Source of the DNA: an uncultured Myxococcales bacterium
Lineage (GTDB): Bacteria; Myxococcota_A; Polyangia; Palsa-1104; JAEUJZ01
DNA: 64,000 nucleotides
Assembly: GCA_964537055.1 (NCBI GenBank)
Contig: CAZHYV010000008.1
Coordinates: 52,773-116,772 of the forward strand
Direction: 5' to 3'
The notes under the pieces were generated by a model. The model was given only the letters and a program-made list of their open reading frames with translations, was not told the origin of the DNA and did no database searches. Positions 37,925 to 47,655 of the stretch are shown piece by piece. A program made the translations under genes and the position numbers. Within the stretch, counting starts at the first letter, position 1, and every line of letters starts with the position of its first letter.

Positions 37925-38965
37925 ATGAGGGGGCTAAGATCTTTTGAGAAGGCAAGACAAGTTTTTCTTCTCCTTAGAGAAATGATGTACCTTTATCCTC
38001 CCAACAATGTAAAAGCCATTTTTGGAGGGATTCGACAGCTGTTTCCTCCATACCCTCCTTACTCAGAATACAACGTCCTTCGAATCAGCGATTGGGCCTC
38101 GCTAAAGAAAATGGTGAGTTTTTTCGCAGATATGGCATTGCCTTGGTACCGAAGCCAAACGACGCAGGCGAATAAATCTGAGCCGGTGGAAACTGAACAT
38201 CTCAAGCTTCTCGAAGGTCGGTTAGGGTATGCCCAGCGGCTCCTTCATCCCGAAGATCCCGACACTTTTACTACAGAAGAGGGGAAGGTTTTCAAAGGGG
38301 AGGCTTGGATCTATATTAATGGAATTATTACCAATCGGGCAGTTGCGATGCTGAATGGAGAGTATTTGGCAGAATTGTTTGGCCGCAAGATCGAAGTGAT
38401 TCATAATCCAACCGATGCCATTCTAGCTGATTTGCTTGAGACGATAGCAGGGCGCTTATGGCGTGTTATCACTCGAGCTGACCAGTTTGCGTACAACCAT
38501 CTTCTGTCAATCCTTAAAAAAGAGGACATCAAAAAAGTCGTTTGGATCGCTCACTCTCAGGGAACTGTGATTACCTCAAACGTACTAAGACTTATGAGAG
38601 AACGTCATCCTGAGCTTTTAGTAAAGCTTGAGATTTATACAGTGGCCAACTGTGCTGATAGGATGGAAATTCAAAAAGATAAAAAAGGACGCCCTGTCCC
38701 ATACATTGAGCATTTTGCAAATACTGATGATCTCGTTGGTAAGTTGGGCGTATTGGCACATGCTGCGAAAAAGCGGGGAGACGTACGTCTAGATGGACCC
38801 ATCTTTGTGCGGAAGGCGTGGGGACATTTGTTAAATGCCCATTACCTTGAGGGAATCGAGCATAAGGAGTACATAGACCCCGAGGGGGTCTCAACATCCC
38901 GTCTTTACGGGTATCTCCACGGGGCTATCCCGCTAGAATTGGCACCTATTTCCTCTGTGGGCTAG
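37925..38965 (+). CDS. Putative alpha/beta-hydrolase (lipase-like)
   Basis: VWIAHSQGTVI, a G/AxSxG nucleophile elbow. Otherwise unrecognised. Confidence 0.4.
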   Translation: MRGLRSFEKARQVFLLLREMMYLYPPNNVKAIFGGIRQLFPPYPPYSEYNVLRISDWASLKKMVSFFADMALPWYRSQTTQANKSEPVETEHLKLLEGRLGYAQRLLHPEDPDTFTTEEGKVFKGEAWIYINGIITNRAVAMLNGEYLAELFGRKIEVIHNPTDAILADLLETIAGRLWRVITRADQFAYNHLLSILKKEDIKKVVWIAHSQGTVITSNVLRLMRERHPELLVKLEIYTVANCADRMEIQKDKKGRPVPYIEHFANTDDLVGKLGVLAHAAKKRGDVRLDGPIFVRKAWGHLLNAHYLEGIEHKEYIDPEGVSTSRLYGYLHGAIPLELAPISSVG

Positions 38966-39030
38966 ATTCTTTATTTTACTCAAGGGATGTTTGAAAGCCT
39001 CATAGCGGTACCTGAGGTTTTTGCTGCCTT

Positions 39031-39753
39031 CTAGCTACGAAGCGCATCAAGCAATTTATGAACGGATTCAACGTATGCCTTTTGCGTAGAGGCTTCTTTA
39101 GCGCGGAGTTCCCCATATTCTCGTACAGTCGCAGCATAACGAGTAGACGTGTCTTGAAACTTCTTGGAGATAGTATTGTACTCTTTTTGTTCTTGCGTAT
39201 ACCGAGGTGAGTTGGGATTTAATTTTAAAAATTGATGCTCTTGCTTTGTCAGCTTCCGTTGTTGTTTTAGCTTGTCTTTTTCTGTAAGGATTAAATCTTT
39301 TTCGATTTTTTCTAGTTGTTGATGGGCAATAAGCATCATTTTCTCTGATTCTTTTATCTTATGTTCCAGCTGGTTGATATAGAAAGAAGCTGAGGACCTA
39401 TCTACATCTTTTTTGGGTTGGTCTTTTGGCAAACCGTTTTCCCGAGGGCTACAAAAGTTTACTTTGCTGTGAAGCCTCTGTACTCTTTTTTGTGTTTCAG
39501 CAATACATAGCGTCTTCTTTTGTTCGCATTCTACCATTGACGTTTCCATTTGAGACTTTTCTGTAAAGCACTTCTGCTTGAGATCCTTAAGCTCCTTCGC
39601 GAATGAAGTACAATTTCCTGCGTCTGTATTTTTATCGGCTGCAGGAGAAAAAAAGCTACCCCCTGATGGCTTACAGGCTTGGTAGAAAGTTGCTATTAAT
39701 ATAGCGAAGGTAAAACGGATAAATGAGGTTGCGAGAAGAGATGTCGATTTCAT
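39031..39753 (-). CDS. Secreted Lys/Glu-rich coiled-coil protein encoded in an AT-rich stretch
   Basis: Signal peptide FTFAILIATFYQAC. Long heptad-like stretches IKESEKMMLIAHQQLEKIEKDLILTEKDKLKQQRKL. Local GC is visibly below its surroundings. Confidence 0.45.
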   Translation of the reverse strand: MKSTSLLATSFIRFTFAILIATFYQACKPSGGSFFSPAADKNTDAGNCTSFAKELKDLKQKCFTEKSQMETSMVECEQKKTLCIAETQKRVQRLHSKVNFCSPRENGLPKDQPKKDVDRSSASFYINQLEHKIKESEKMMLIAHQQLEKIEKDLILTEKDKLKQQRKLTKQEHQFLKLNPNSPRYTQEQKEYNTISKKFQDTSTRYAATVREYGELRAKEASTQKAYVESVHKLLDALRS

Positions 39754-39892
39754 AATTCACATGTATCGCCAACCAAAGCCTTGAGCCAACGCTTTGTGCT
39801 ATCAGCTTAGAGAATGAGCAAAAAATGCACACTCTTTAAAGCTGTTTTGGAATTCTGTCTTATGTAGCGAAAACCAGAGGTATCAAATCGGT

Positions 39893-42112
39893 ATGGTTCA
39901 ACTTGCTTGGATGCCAAGAGCGCTTTCACTAATTACAATTGCTTACCTTGTAGGATTAATAGTGGGAAGTTTAGAGAAGATTCCGAATTGGCTTGGATGG
40001 GCCTTGGTTGGAGGTGCCTTCCTTACTTTAGGGTGGGCATGGAAAAACAAGCGGCCTTTAGGTAGTCTGGCTTTGCTCACCGTCTGTTTTCTTGGGATGG
40101 CTCTTTTTACAAATTTTGCCGAGCCTAAGAGTCCCCAAGCGTATATGACAAAAGAACCTCCCTGGTTGGTGCAAAAGGTAACTCCTTTGCGGTCGCATCT
40201 GTTGTCTTTTACAAAACAGGCACTCTTTTCCAAGCCGGATCAGAACCCAGTCCCTTATGCGGTGGTTGCTTCCCTCGTACTAGGAGATCGTAACTCTTTG
40301 AAGGAAGCAGATCACTTTCGTAAAAAACACCATAAACCTCCGCTAGAACGATCGTTTCGTGATGCTGGGATTTTTCATATCCTGTCTGTTAGTGGATTTC
40401 ACTTGGTGATTGTTGGGTACTTATCATACCGAATCTTCAGCAAAATATTCTTTTTTATCCCACGCTTCCCTCAAAATGCTCCCATGAAAAAGGTAGCGGC
40501 TTTGATCACCATTTTGGTCGTGAATCTGTATGCTCTTATCGTAGGAGCAGAAACAGCTACTCTTCGTGCAGCCTGTATGACCACCTTTATGCTCATTTCG
40601 GTATTGTGTTCGCAAAGGGCGGATCTACAGGAGGCTTTTGCTATCTCTGTGCTGTGCCTAGTCGGCCCCTTTGGATCATTACAAAACATTAAGAGTATTT
40701 CCTTACAACTTTCAGTTGCAGCACTTTTCGGGATTGCCTATCTCCATCCTCTCCCTCAGATCCCTGAATGGCAAAAGGTTCCTAAAGAAATTTACCCTGA
40801 GAACAAGCAAGGCCTCTCTCGAAAAATGTTTGTTTGGCTTCGAACTAAGCTTATTCAGGGACTTGATACAAGTCTGGCTGCTATGATGATGACCTCTCCT
40901 CTTTGTGCATACTATTTTTTCCAATTCCAAGCTGCATCTCCTCTGGGGAACTTCCTTGCGCTTCCGTTAGGAGAGATCTTTCTTTTGCCTCTTGGGTGCC
41001 TAGGTTTAACTCTAGGAATGTTTTCTTCAACACTCGGTATACTTATACTAAAGCTGGCGGGGCTTTTTGCAGAAGCCATAGTATTTGTGACAGATCAGAT
41101 AGCAGCGCTCTCCCTTTCTTGGAATGTTCCAAAACCTACGTTTGTCTGCTTGTTCCTATGGTACCTAGGATGTTTGGTTCTAGCCGCTGGGAAGAAGAAG
41201 GGATGGCTTTTATGCATGGGAGGCCTTTTCTTTTATCTTTTGCTTTGGCTATGGCCTGCTGGGAACCTTAGAGTGACCTTCCTTGATGTTGGTCAGGGAG
41301 ATGCTATTGTGATCGAGTTCCCAGGAAGAAAAGTAGCGGTGGTCGATGGGGGGGGTGGGTTTGGTAACTTCGATTCTGGGAAACGGATTGTAGGGCCGTT
41401 CTTAAGAAGCCGTGGATATCAAGCAATCGATCTCATGGTAGCAACCCACCCCCATATGGATCATATCCAAGGGCTTCTTTCTCTTGTTGAGGAATTCCGC
41501 GTGAAGGAATTCTGGACAGCAGAGCTGATCCCCACGATTCATTCGTTAGATGCCTTATCATCTAAGACGTCTTGGCAAGCACTTCTGCATCGATTGCTCG
41601 AGCAGGACACTTTAATTCAAGCTCCCTACCCAATATATGTAGGGTCTGCTTTGATAAAACCTCTTTTCCCCTGCATCGTACCAAATGAACTTTTGGAGTG
41701 TAAAATTGGGTCAAACCCTTCCCAAACCCCCAATAATAATTCAATTGTCTTACAGGTTGGTTATGCAGGAAAGTATATTTTATTAACAGGTGATATTGAA
41801 GAATTTGGAGAGCAAGTATTGTCTAACAGGTACCAATCTACCAAAGAATTGGATTCAGATTTGCTGAAAGCATCACATCATTGCAGCCGTACAGGCACAG
41901 GGAAGAATTTCCTGAGCCTTGTTTCTCCAGAGGTAGCTATTTGTTCTCTTGGGCGGAAGAATATGTACGGATTTCCGCATGCTGAGGTATTGAGACGATT
42001 GGAAGAACAAAATATTGCTATCTACCGTACTGATAAGGAAGGAACGATACAAGCAAGGATTGATCCAAAAGGGACACTCTCGCTACATGTCTTGGGTGAA
42101 GATGTCTATTAA
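39893..42112 (+). CDS. comEC: DNA internalisation competence protein ComEC/Rec2 (competence domain plus metallo-beta-lactamase domain)
   Basis: Multi-TM N-terminal region. C-terminal LDVGQGDAIVIE and MVATHPHMDHIQGL (HxHxDH). 739 aa. Confidence 0.85.
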   Translation: MVQLAWMPRALSLITIAYLVGLIVGSLEKIPNWLGWALVGGAFLTLGWAWKNKRPLGSLALLTVCFLGMALFTNFAEPKSPQAYMTKEPPWLVQKVTPLRSHLLSFTKQALFSKPDQNPVPYAVVASLVLGDRNSLKEADHFRKKHHKPPLERSFRDAGIFHILSVSGFHLVIVGYLSYRIFSKIFFFIPRFPQNAPMKKVAALITILVVNLYALIVGAETATLRAACMTTFMLISVLCSQRADLQEAFAISVLCLVGPFGSLQNIKSISLQLSVAALFGIAYLHPLPQIPEWQKVPKEIYPENKQGLSRKMFVWLRTKLIQGLDTSLAAMMMTSPLCAYYFFQFQAASPLGNFLALPLGEIFLLPLGCLGLTLGMFSSTLGILILKLAGLFAEAIVFVTDQIAALSLSWNVPKPTFVCLFLWYLGCLVLAAGKKKGWLLCMGGLFFYLLLWLWPAGNLRVTFLDVGQGDAIVIEFPGRKVAVVDGGGGFGNFDSGKRIVGPFLRSRGYQAIDLMVATHPHMDHIQGLLSLVEEFRVKEFWTAELIPTIHSLDALSSKTSWQALLHRLLEQDTLIQAPYPIYVGSALIKPLFPCIVPNELLECKIGSNPSQTPNNNSIVLQVGYAGKYILLTGDIEEFGEQVLSNRYQSTKELDSDLLKASHHCSRTGTGKNFLSLVSPEVAICSLGRKNMYGFPHAEVLRRLEEQNIAIYRTDKEGTIQARIDPKGTLSLHVLGEDVY

Positions 42113-42115
42113 CTC

Positions 42116-42970
42116 CTAGACAGAATGTTTATCCCCTTCATGTTCATGAACGTTTGTCCATTTCACTAAATGAGCGCGTGCTTTCAAAGCGATCTCTTCG
42201 GAGATTTCGTGAACGCCAGGAAAAGGCAAGAATTCCCCTTGGATATTCATATGGTTCAAGAAGCGATGCAAGGCCTCTCCCATCTCGAACGGGAGGATAG
42301 GATCATAGATTCCGTGCGATTGAAATCGTGGAATTGGATGCGTCTGGTTGATGCGTGTCTCCCAATAAGGACGATTAAGCAGCGCACCTGAGAATAAACA
42401 AACGCCAGCAATGGGATTCGGCAAGTGGAGAATCATATCTGTGGCAAGCATAGCTCCTTGGGAAAAACCACCCAGGATGATCCTTTCCCAGGGCAAGTGA
42501 TAATGCTTGCGGAGTTTCTCAAGCCACTCAGACATCTGTATCCGAAGGGGAGGGAGGCCCAAAGGAGAGTCGTTGTAAAATGGCTCAAGGCCCTTCGGTC
42601 CCTCCTTGTTAAGCGCAGAAAATCGGCGTTCAATGAGACCGTCTAAATGAATCTCCCACCAGGCAAAAGTATTTGTATGTTCTCCAGGAAACCGTTCTAG
42701 TGGCGCATTGGGCAGGGCCACATGAATATGGTCAGGAAGATCCAGGCGCTCTACTAAACCTAGCAAATTCTCTGCAGAGGCTCCGTACCCATGAAACAAG
42801 CAAAGGAGCCAGGGTGATTTGACACGAGGATTTTCTAGCAACAAGGTCAAAAGACCTGCCATGGTATTGGTAGAAATATTCCTCATTAATTTGCCGCTTC
42901 TCTTATCTGTTTTATCCAGGTTCATGCGAGGCTTTCTTATAAAATTTTGGTATAAAATTAACCCCTCCAA
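42116..42970 (-). CDS. Carboxylesterase/phospholipase-family alpha/beta hydrolase
   Basis: ILGGFSQGAMLA, a GxSxG motif; 284 aa. Confidence 0.7.
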   Translation of the reverse strand: MEGLILYQNFIRKPRMNLDKTDKRSGKLMRNISTNTMAGLLTLLLENPRVKSPWLLCLFHGYGASAENLLGLVERLDLPDHIHVALPNAPLERFPGEHTNTFAWWEIHLDGLIERRFSALNKEGPKGLEPFYNDSPLGLPPLRIQMSEWLEKLRKHYHLPWERIILGGFSQGAMLATDMILHLPNPIAGVCLFSGALLNRPYWETRINQTHPIPRFQSHGIYDPILPFEMGEALHRFLNHMNIQGEFLPFPGVHEISEEIALKARAHLVKWTNVHEHEGDKHSV

Positions 42971-43049
42971 TAAAAATTCACGAGATTTTTCTTTGATCCA
43001 GACTTAAATACAGTGCTTAATAAGCAATCATCTGCTTGGAGGTTCATCC

Positions 43050-43511
43050 ATGAAAAATGCTCCGCTTGAAATAAGAAAGATTTTGATTCCTTGTGATTTC
43101 TCATCACAGTTTAACGAAGTCTTGCGTCACGGTTGTGACTTCGCACGAAAGTATAATGCACAAATTACCCTCCTGCATGTTTATGAACCTCCTACTTATG
43201 CAATTCCTCCGGATGCCATGATATTGCCAACCCCTGATATGCTTGCTCAACAAATTTCAGAAATTATGGGTGTGCTAGAAGAATTAAAAAAGGCGGCTGA
43301 GGAGTCAGGAGTGAAGGTTGTGAACACCAAGGTTGCCCAGGGGGTACCGGCTTTAGAGATTATTCAAGAAGGGGCAGAAGGCGATTACCAACTGATCGTG
43401 ATGGGAACTCATGGAAGAACAGGGCTGAAGCATGTTCTCATTGGGTCGGTTGCTGAGAAAGTCGTCCGAAAATCAGGTTGTGCGGTGATGACCGTACGGA
43501 CCGCCGGATAA
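43050..43511 (+). CDS. Universal stress protein UspA family
   Basis: ITLLHV ... MGTHGRTGLKHVLIGSVAEKVVRKSGCAVMTV. Confidence 0.85.
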   Translation: MKNAPLEIRKILIPCDFSSQFNEVLRHGCDFARKYNAQITLLHVYEPPTYAIPPDAMILPTPDMLAQQISEIMGVLEELKKAAEESGVKVVNTKVAQGVPALEIIQEGAEGDYQLIVMGTHGRTGLKHVLIGSVAEKVVRKSGCAVMTVRTAG

Positions 43512-43528
43512 AAGCCAATTCATCATAC

Positions 43529-44260
43529 TCACCCTAACTTCATGCCGGGCTCCCCTGGGATCGTAAAATGCCTTTCTAGAGCGATTCCCACCAGGGAGGA
43601 GAGTTCTTTTTGTAGAATGGCCGCCTGTACATCGTGTTCTTTGTCCCTCGTTCGTTCAAAAGCAGCGGCTAGCTGTTCTACCCCCTGATGGACGCTTTGT
43701 CTTACCTCTAAGGAGAAGCCTTGTACAAATATAGTTTGAGATTGCAGAAGATGAAGGCGATGAAACATCCCCGGGACTGATGCTTCTAACTGAGTATGCT
43801 GATTCTCCAAAAAGCTATATGTTCCTCCTGCCCCCAGAAGATAATGAACCAATGCAAGAAGTTGTAACGTGTGGGTTATATCTCCTAGCATCATTGCAAA
43901 GGAATAAACCCACTTCTTCGCATCCAATAGCAACTGTTGTTCCTGAGAAAAATGGGGATAATGGGTAAGCAGATTCTGCAACTTTAACATGATTTGCTCT
44001 GCCCATAAAAAGTACTCCTCGGGTAGGTGAGGAGGGCTTATTTTAGTAAATCCTAAGGATTGTAAGGCCGTTTCTACAAGGCGGACATACGCAACTGTCT
44101 CTGTAGCTTTGCTAGGAGATTGAGCCATTAAAGACTCAATTCTTGCTTCCAAATCAGCTGCTGCTAAAGGACGAGCCTTTTCAAAAATAAGCATACTGTT
44201 AAAATAAATTCCAATAAGTTGAGGGTAGTAACCCAAGATATAGGCATCACGAAGCGTCAT
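43529..44260 (-). CDS. Hypothetical protein
   Basis: 243 aa, helical, no recognisable motif. Confidence 0.4.
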   Translation of the reverse strand: MTLRDAYILGYYPQLIGIYFNSMLIFEKARPLAAADLEARIESLMAQSPSKATETVAYVRLVETALQSLGFTKISPPHLPEEYFLWAEQIMLKLQNLLTHYPHFSQEQQLLLDAKKWVYSFAMMLGDITHTLQLLALVHYLLGAGGTYSFLENQHTQLEASVPGMFHRLHLLQSQTIFVQGFSLEVRQSVHQGVEQLAAAFERTRDKEHDVQAAILQKELSSLVGIALERHFTIPGEPGMKLG

Positions 44261-44313
44261 AAAAAAATCTTAACGAAAATTTCATTATAGGGGCAAAGGA
44301 AATACTAAACCTC

Positions 44314-45132
44314 TTGCCAAAGTTGAAAGAACTCGATAGACCTACATGTATGTCAACATCCTTTCGTCGGGCTTTGCTGATGGCTGCATTGTTATGCTCG
44401 TTTGGCATTCATATGTTCTATCTTTGGAAAAACCCTCACGCTGAAAGTTCCGAACCATCTCCTGGGGCAGATAGGTCTCTTTCCTCCTGTCCAGAGTCGA
44501 GTCGTAATCCCATTTTTTCCGATGCCTCCTCTTTAGGCGAGGAGGGTTGTCATTGCCCCCCTCCTTCCCAAGTGAATGCATCAGATGTGTCGACTCCAGC
44601 AGCTTCCGAAGAAAAATCGTCCGATTGCAGTCTAATCAAACGAAATTGGCTCGCCAAGCAAGTTGAGAAGTTCCAGCAGCTCTGCTTTGCAGAGAATAAG
44701 TCGTTTGCCTGCCGAGAATTAGCCATTCTCTATTTCTCAGGAGTTGAGGATGCACTAGGTAAAGATGTAGAGCAGGGTCTATCTCTTCTAGAGTCTCACT
44801 GTCAGGGATTGTGTTCTGCTCAGCTAGGAGACCTTTATAAGGAAGGATCGAGTACAATGCCAAAAAGTGAAGAGAAAGCGCTGCAATGGTATCGAAAGGG
44901 TTGCCAAGAAAATGATACGACCTCCTGTAATAAATTGGCAGAGATCTACGGAAATCCAAAAAAGCCAAATGCCAACGCTGAATTGGCGGCAAAGTATGAT
45001 ACCCAAGCCTGTCTCCTCGAATACGGCTACTACTATGGAGATAGCTGTAGAAATGCAGCGCAAAAATACTTGGATGTCCTCGTCAAACAAGGGATTCTTT
45101 CTCCCAAATCTCAAGAAGGAGACCCAAGATAA
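44314..45132 (+). CDS. Sel1/TPR-like repeat protein with paired cysteines, Hcp-like (Helicobacter cysteine-rich protein)
   Basis: N-terminal signal-anchor. Sel1-like repeats LAILYFSG, LGDLYKEG, LAEIYGN. Cys pairs spaced 7 apart: CQENDTTSC. Confidence 0.7.
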   Translation: MPKLKELDRPTCMSTSFRRALLMAALLCSFGIHMFYLWKNPHAESSEPSPGADRSLSSCPESSRNPIFSDASSLGEEGCHCPPPSQVNASDVSTPAASEEKSSDCSLIKRNWLAKQVEKFQQLCFAENKSFACRELAILYFSGVEDALGKDVEQGLSLLESHCQGLCSAQLGDLYKEGSSTMPKSEEKALQWYRKGCQENDTTSCNKLAEIYGNPKKPNANAELAAKYDTQACLLEYGYYYGDSCRNAAQKYLDVLVKQGILSPKSQEGDPR

Positions 45133-46094
45133 TGTCTCGTTTTGAAAAAATTGTAGGGGTACTTCTTGGAATTTCGATCCTCATCAATGTAGTATGGACC
45201 TATGAGAGGAGAAAGGCTCAATCTAGCGAACGCGAAAGCAGTGCGGGTGAATCTACAGATAAATCTAGCGAACGCCCAAAGAGTGCAAAGGATGACTCTT
45301 CCTGTGAAGACAAGCAGAAGCAGGTGCGCCCGGGTTGTCATTGCCCGAGGCAAGAAACCAATCCGAACGGAATAGGTGATTCTATCAAAGCAGATCTCCT
45401 GGAAGAACAACATCGCGCTTGCGAAATTCAAGCCGCCAAGGAAGAGTTTGCACGCCAAAACAGAGAGACTCCTCCCCAAGCAGGCGACTTAGAACAACAG
45501 GAAAGAAAGCTATGTAGATTGGGTGACGCAGCAAGCTGCAAAAAAGTCTATCATCGCGCCCAAGAGGAGTGCGATCAACAGAAACAGACCGGTGGCAAAC
45601 TATGGCAATGCTTAAATGTAGCCTATATGGACATTTATGGACAATCAGGCTTACCAGGCAATCCCTCCCTAGGATACTCGCGCATGGAAGAACTGTGCCA
45701 ATCGAAAAAAGAACCGTATGCCTGTGAGTGGTTAGGAAACCGCTATCTTGAAGGAGATGAGGAAAATCAGATCAACGTGGATCCTGCCAAATCCTTACGC
45801 CTCTATCAAGAATCTTGTGACAGCGGTGGACCTTGTGGCAGTTTGGCGGAATTCTATGAAAAGGGAGAGCACGTACCCTTGGATAAGTCATATGCGCTTA
45901 CACTTTATCATAAATCTTGTCAGGCTGGGGATCGGAGCTCTTGTCTAGAGGAAGGACGACTTTATAAAGAAGGGTATGGAAACAGAGAAGCGCAAGCGCA
46001 ATTTGAGACTGAGATGCTCAAATCCTGTCAACAGCGGGACTCAGTTGCCTGCCGTTGGGTGGTCGAAAAATACGCTGGCTCCACTTCTCCCTAA
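45132..46094 (+). CDS. Sel1/TPR-like repeat protein with paired cysteines, Hcp-like; tandem paralog of 44314..45132
   Basis: Repeats LGNRYLEG, LAEFYEKG, LTLYHKSCQAGDRSSC, EEGRLYKEGYG. C-x7-C pairs. The start overlaps the upstream stop. Confidence 0.7.
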   Translation: MSRFEKIVGVLLGISILINVVWTYERRKAQSSERESSAGESTDKSSERPKSAKDDSSCEDKQKQVRPGCHCPRQETNPNGIGDSIKADLLEEQHRACEIQAAKEEFARQNRETPPQAGDLEQQERKLCRLGDAASCKKVYHRAQEECDQQKQTGGKLWQCLNVAYMDIYGQSGLPGNPSLGYSRMEELCQSKKEPYACEWLGNRYLEGDEENQINVDPAKSLRLYQESCDSGGPCGSLAEFYEKGEHVPLDKSYALTLYHKSCQAGDRSSCLEEGRLYKEGYGNREAQAQFETEMLKSCQQRDSVACRWVVEKYAGSTSP

Positions 46095-46188
46095 GCTGAA
46101 TATCCCTCTCTTTTAGGCTAAAATAGTCCCTCTCATCTTGGGAGATGCTTAGCGAAAGCAAGTTGTTCCAAGCCTCCGCCCACAAATG

Positions 46189-47655
46189 CTATCTCGAGAC
46201 ACCACCAAAATCGATAAACCCCTGCTCGGGAGAGACCGAGAGCAGTTTCACTCGAACTTGGTCACCTACATCCATCCCTCGCTCCCGTTCGACTACCCGA
46301 CCCTCCGCAGGTGGGTCGAGCAAACGGATGTAGGTTCCTTTGTCAGAGGCTCCAGTGACAATGGCCTCAAACACCTCCCCAATTCGATCTTCAAGCAAAA
46401 GCGCAGCTGCAGCCTTCCGCATGAATCGTTCCACCTTTTGCACATCATCGGCCTTTTCTGTACAGCGTCTGGCAATTTCAAAAAGGTCCTCTTTTGTGTA
46501 GGGAACCGGTTGTTTCAGTAAGCAAGCTTTAAGAATTCGTTGCGTGACTAAGTCTACATAGCGACGGTTTGGAGCGGTCGAGTGGGTGTAATCCTGAATA
46601 GCTAAACCAAAATGACCCTCTCCTGATTCTCCGGGCATCTCGACGATATATTCTCCTCGCCCAAGAAGCTTAACGATGGTTAAAGAAAGATCTGGGAATC
46701 GCAGAGGATCTCGTTCTTGTTCTCGATCAAGAAACTCGGAAAGTGCCAAAGAATTAGGTTCCTTCGGCAGGTAAGCGCCTCGTTCTTTTGCAACACTCAC
46801 AATGCGAGGCCAACGACTTGGGGATTTGACAACCCTCCGAACGAGGGGCATACGTTTGGCGGAGAGATATTTTGCGATGGAGGTATTGGCAGCAATCATC
46901 AGATCTTCTATCAACTCACGGGCCCGGTTCTTGCTAATGACTTCAAGATGGTGGATTTTTCCATCGAGAAGCACAGGCCTTGCCTCGATCGTTTCTAAAT
47001 CTAAGGCTCCTTGACCATACCGTCGCTTACGTAATTGCACCGCTACCTCATCTTGCCAGTGGAGCTGGTCTGCCAAAGAGGGATTTTGGAAATGCTCTCC
47101 TCGAACTGGGCGACCCTCTAAAAAATCAGCGACTTCTTCATAAACAAGCTTGGCATGGTTGCGCACCTGGGCGAGGTAAATCTGAGAAGAGGAAACCTCT
47201 CCTTGTGGGGTTACCACCATTTCCACGACCACGGCTTCACGATCTTCCCCTTCGCGTAGAGAGGTACGATCATGAGAGAGAAGCTCGGGCAGCATCGAAA
47301 ACGTGACGACTCCTGTATAGATCGAAGTGGTATTATGATGCGCATGAAGATCAACCGGCGTGTCTTGATAGACACATCGATCCACGTGGGCAATTCCTAC
47401 CCGAAGGCAAGTATCCCCATTGGGGAGTCTCTCTGCAACTTCAATCTGGTCGAGATCTTGAGAATCATAATTATCAATTGATGACCAAGGTAGGTGGCGT
47501 AAGTCTTGATAATCTTTAGAAATAGGAGAAGGAACACAGGTGATTTTTAGCTTCTCTACCTGGGCTTCTACCTCGCTGTTATAGGTAGGCTCAAGGTTTC
47601 TCTCGGCCATGACGAAATGCGCCAAAGAGACGAGGTCAATTGGTTTACGAGCCAT
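46189..47655 (-). CDS. RNase II/R-family (RNB domain) exoribonuclease-like protein with no N-terminal cold-shock domains and a C-terminal S1-like region
   Basis: RNB motifs IDNYDSQDLDQIEVAE and RVGIAHVDRCV. 488 aa against 640-810 for RNase II and RNase R. Its start overlaps the LOG gene's stop. Confidence 0.7.
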   Translation of the reverse strand: MARKPIDLVSLAHFVMAERNLEPTYNSEVEAQVEKLKITCVPSPISKDYQDLRHLPWSSIDNYDSQDLDQIEVAERLPNGDTCLRVGIAHVDRCVYQDTPVDLHAHHNTTSIYTGVVTFSMLPELLSHDRTSLREGEDREAVVVEMVVTPQGEVSSSQIYLAQVRNHAKLVYEEVADFLEGRPVRGEHFQNPSLADQLHWQDEVAVQLRKRRYGQGALDLETIEARPVLLDGKIHHLEVISKNRARELIEDLMIAANTSIAKYLSAKRMPLVRRVVKSPSRWPRIVSVAKERGAYLPKEPNSLALSEFLDREQERDPLRFPDLSLTIVKLLGRGEYIVEMPGESGEGHFGLAIQDYTHSTAPNRRYVDLVTQRILKACLLKQPVPYTKEDLFEIARRCTEKADDVQKVERFMRKAAAALLLEDRIGEVFEAIVTGASDKGTYIRLLDPPAEGRVVERERGMDVGDQVRVKLLSVSPEQGFIDFGGVSR

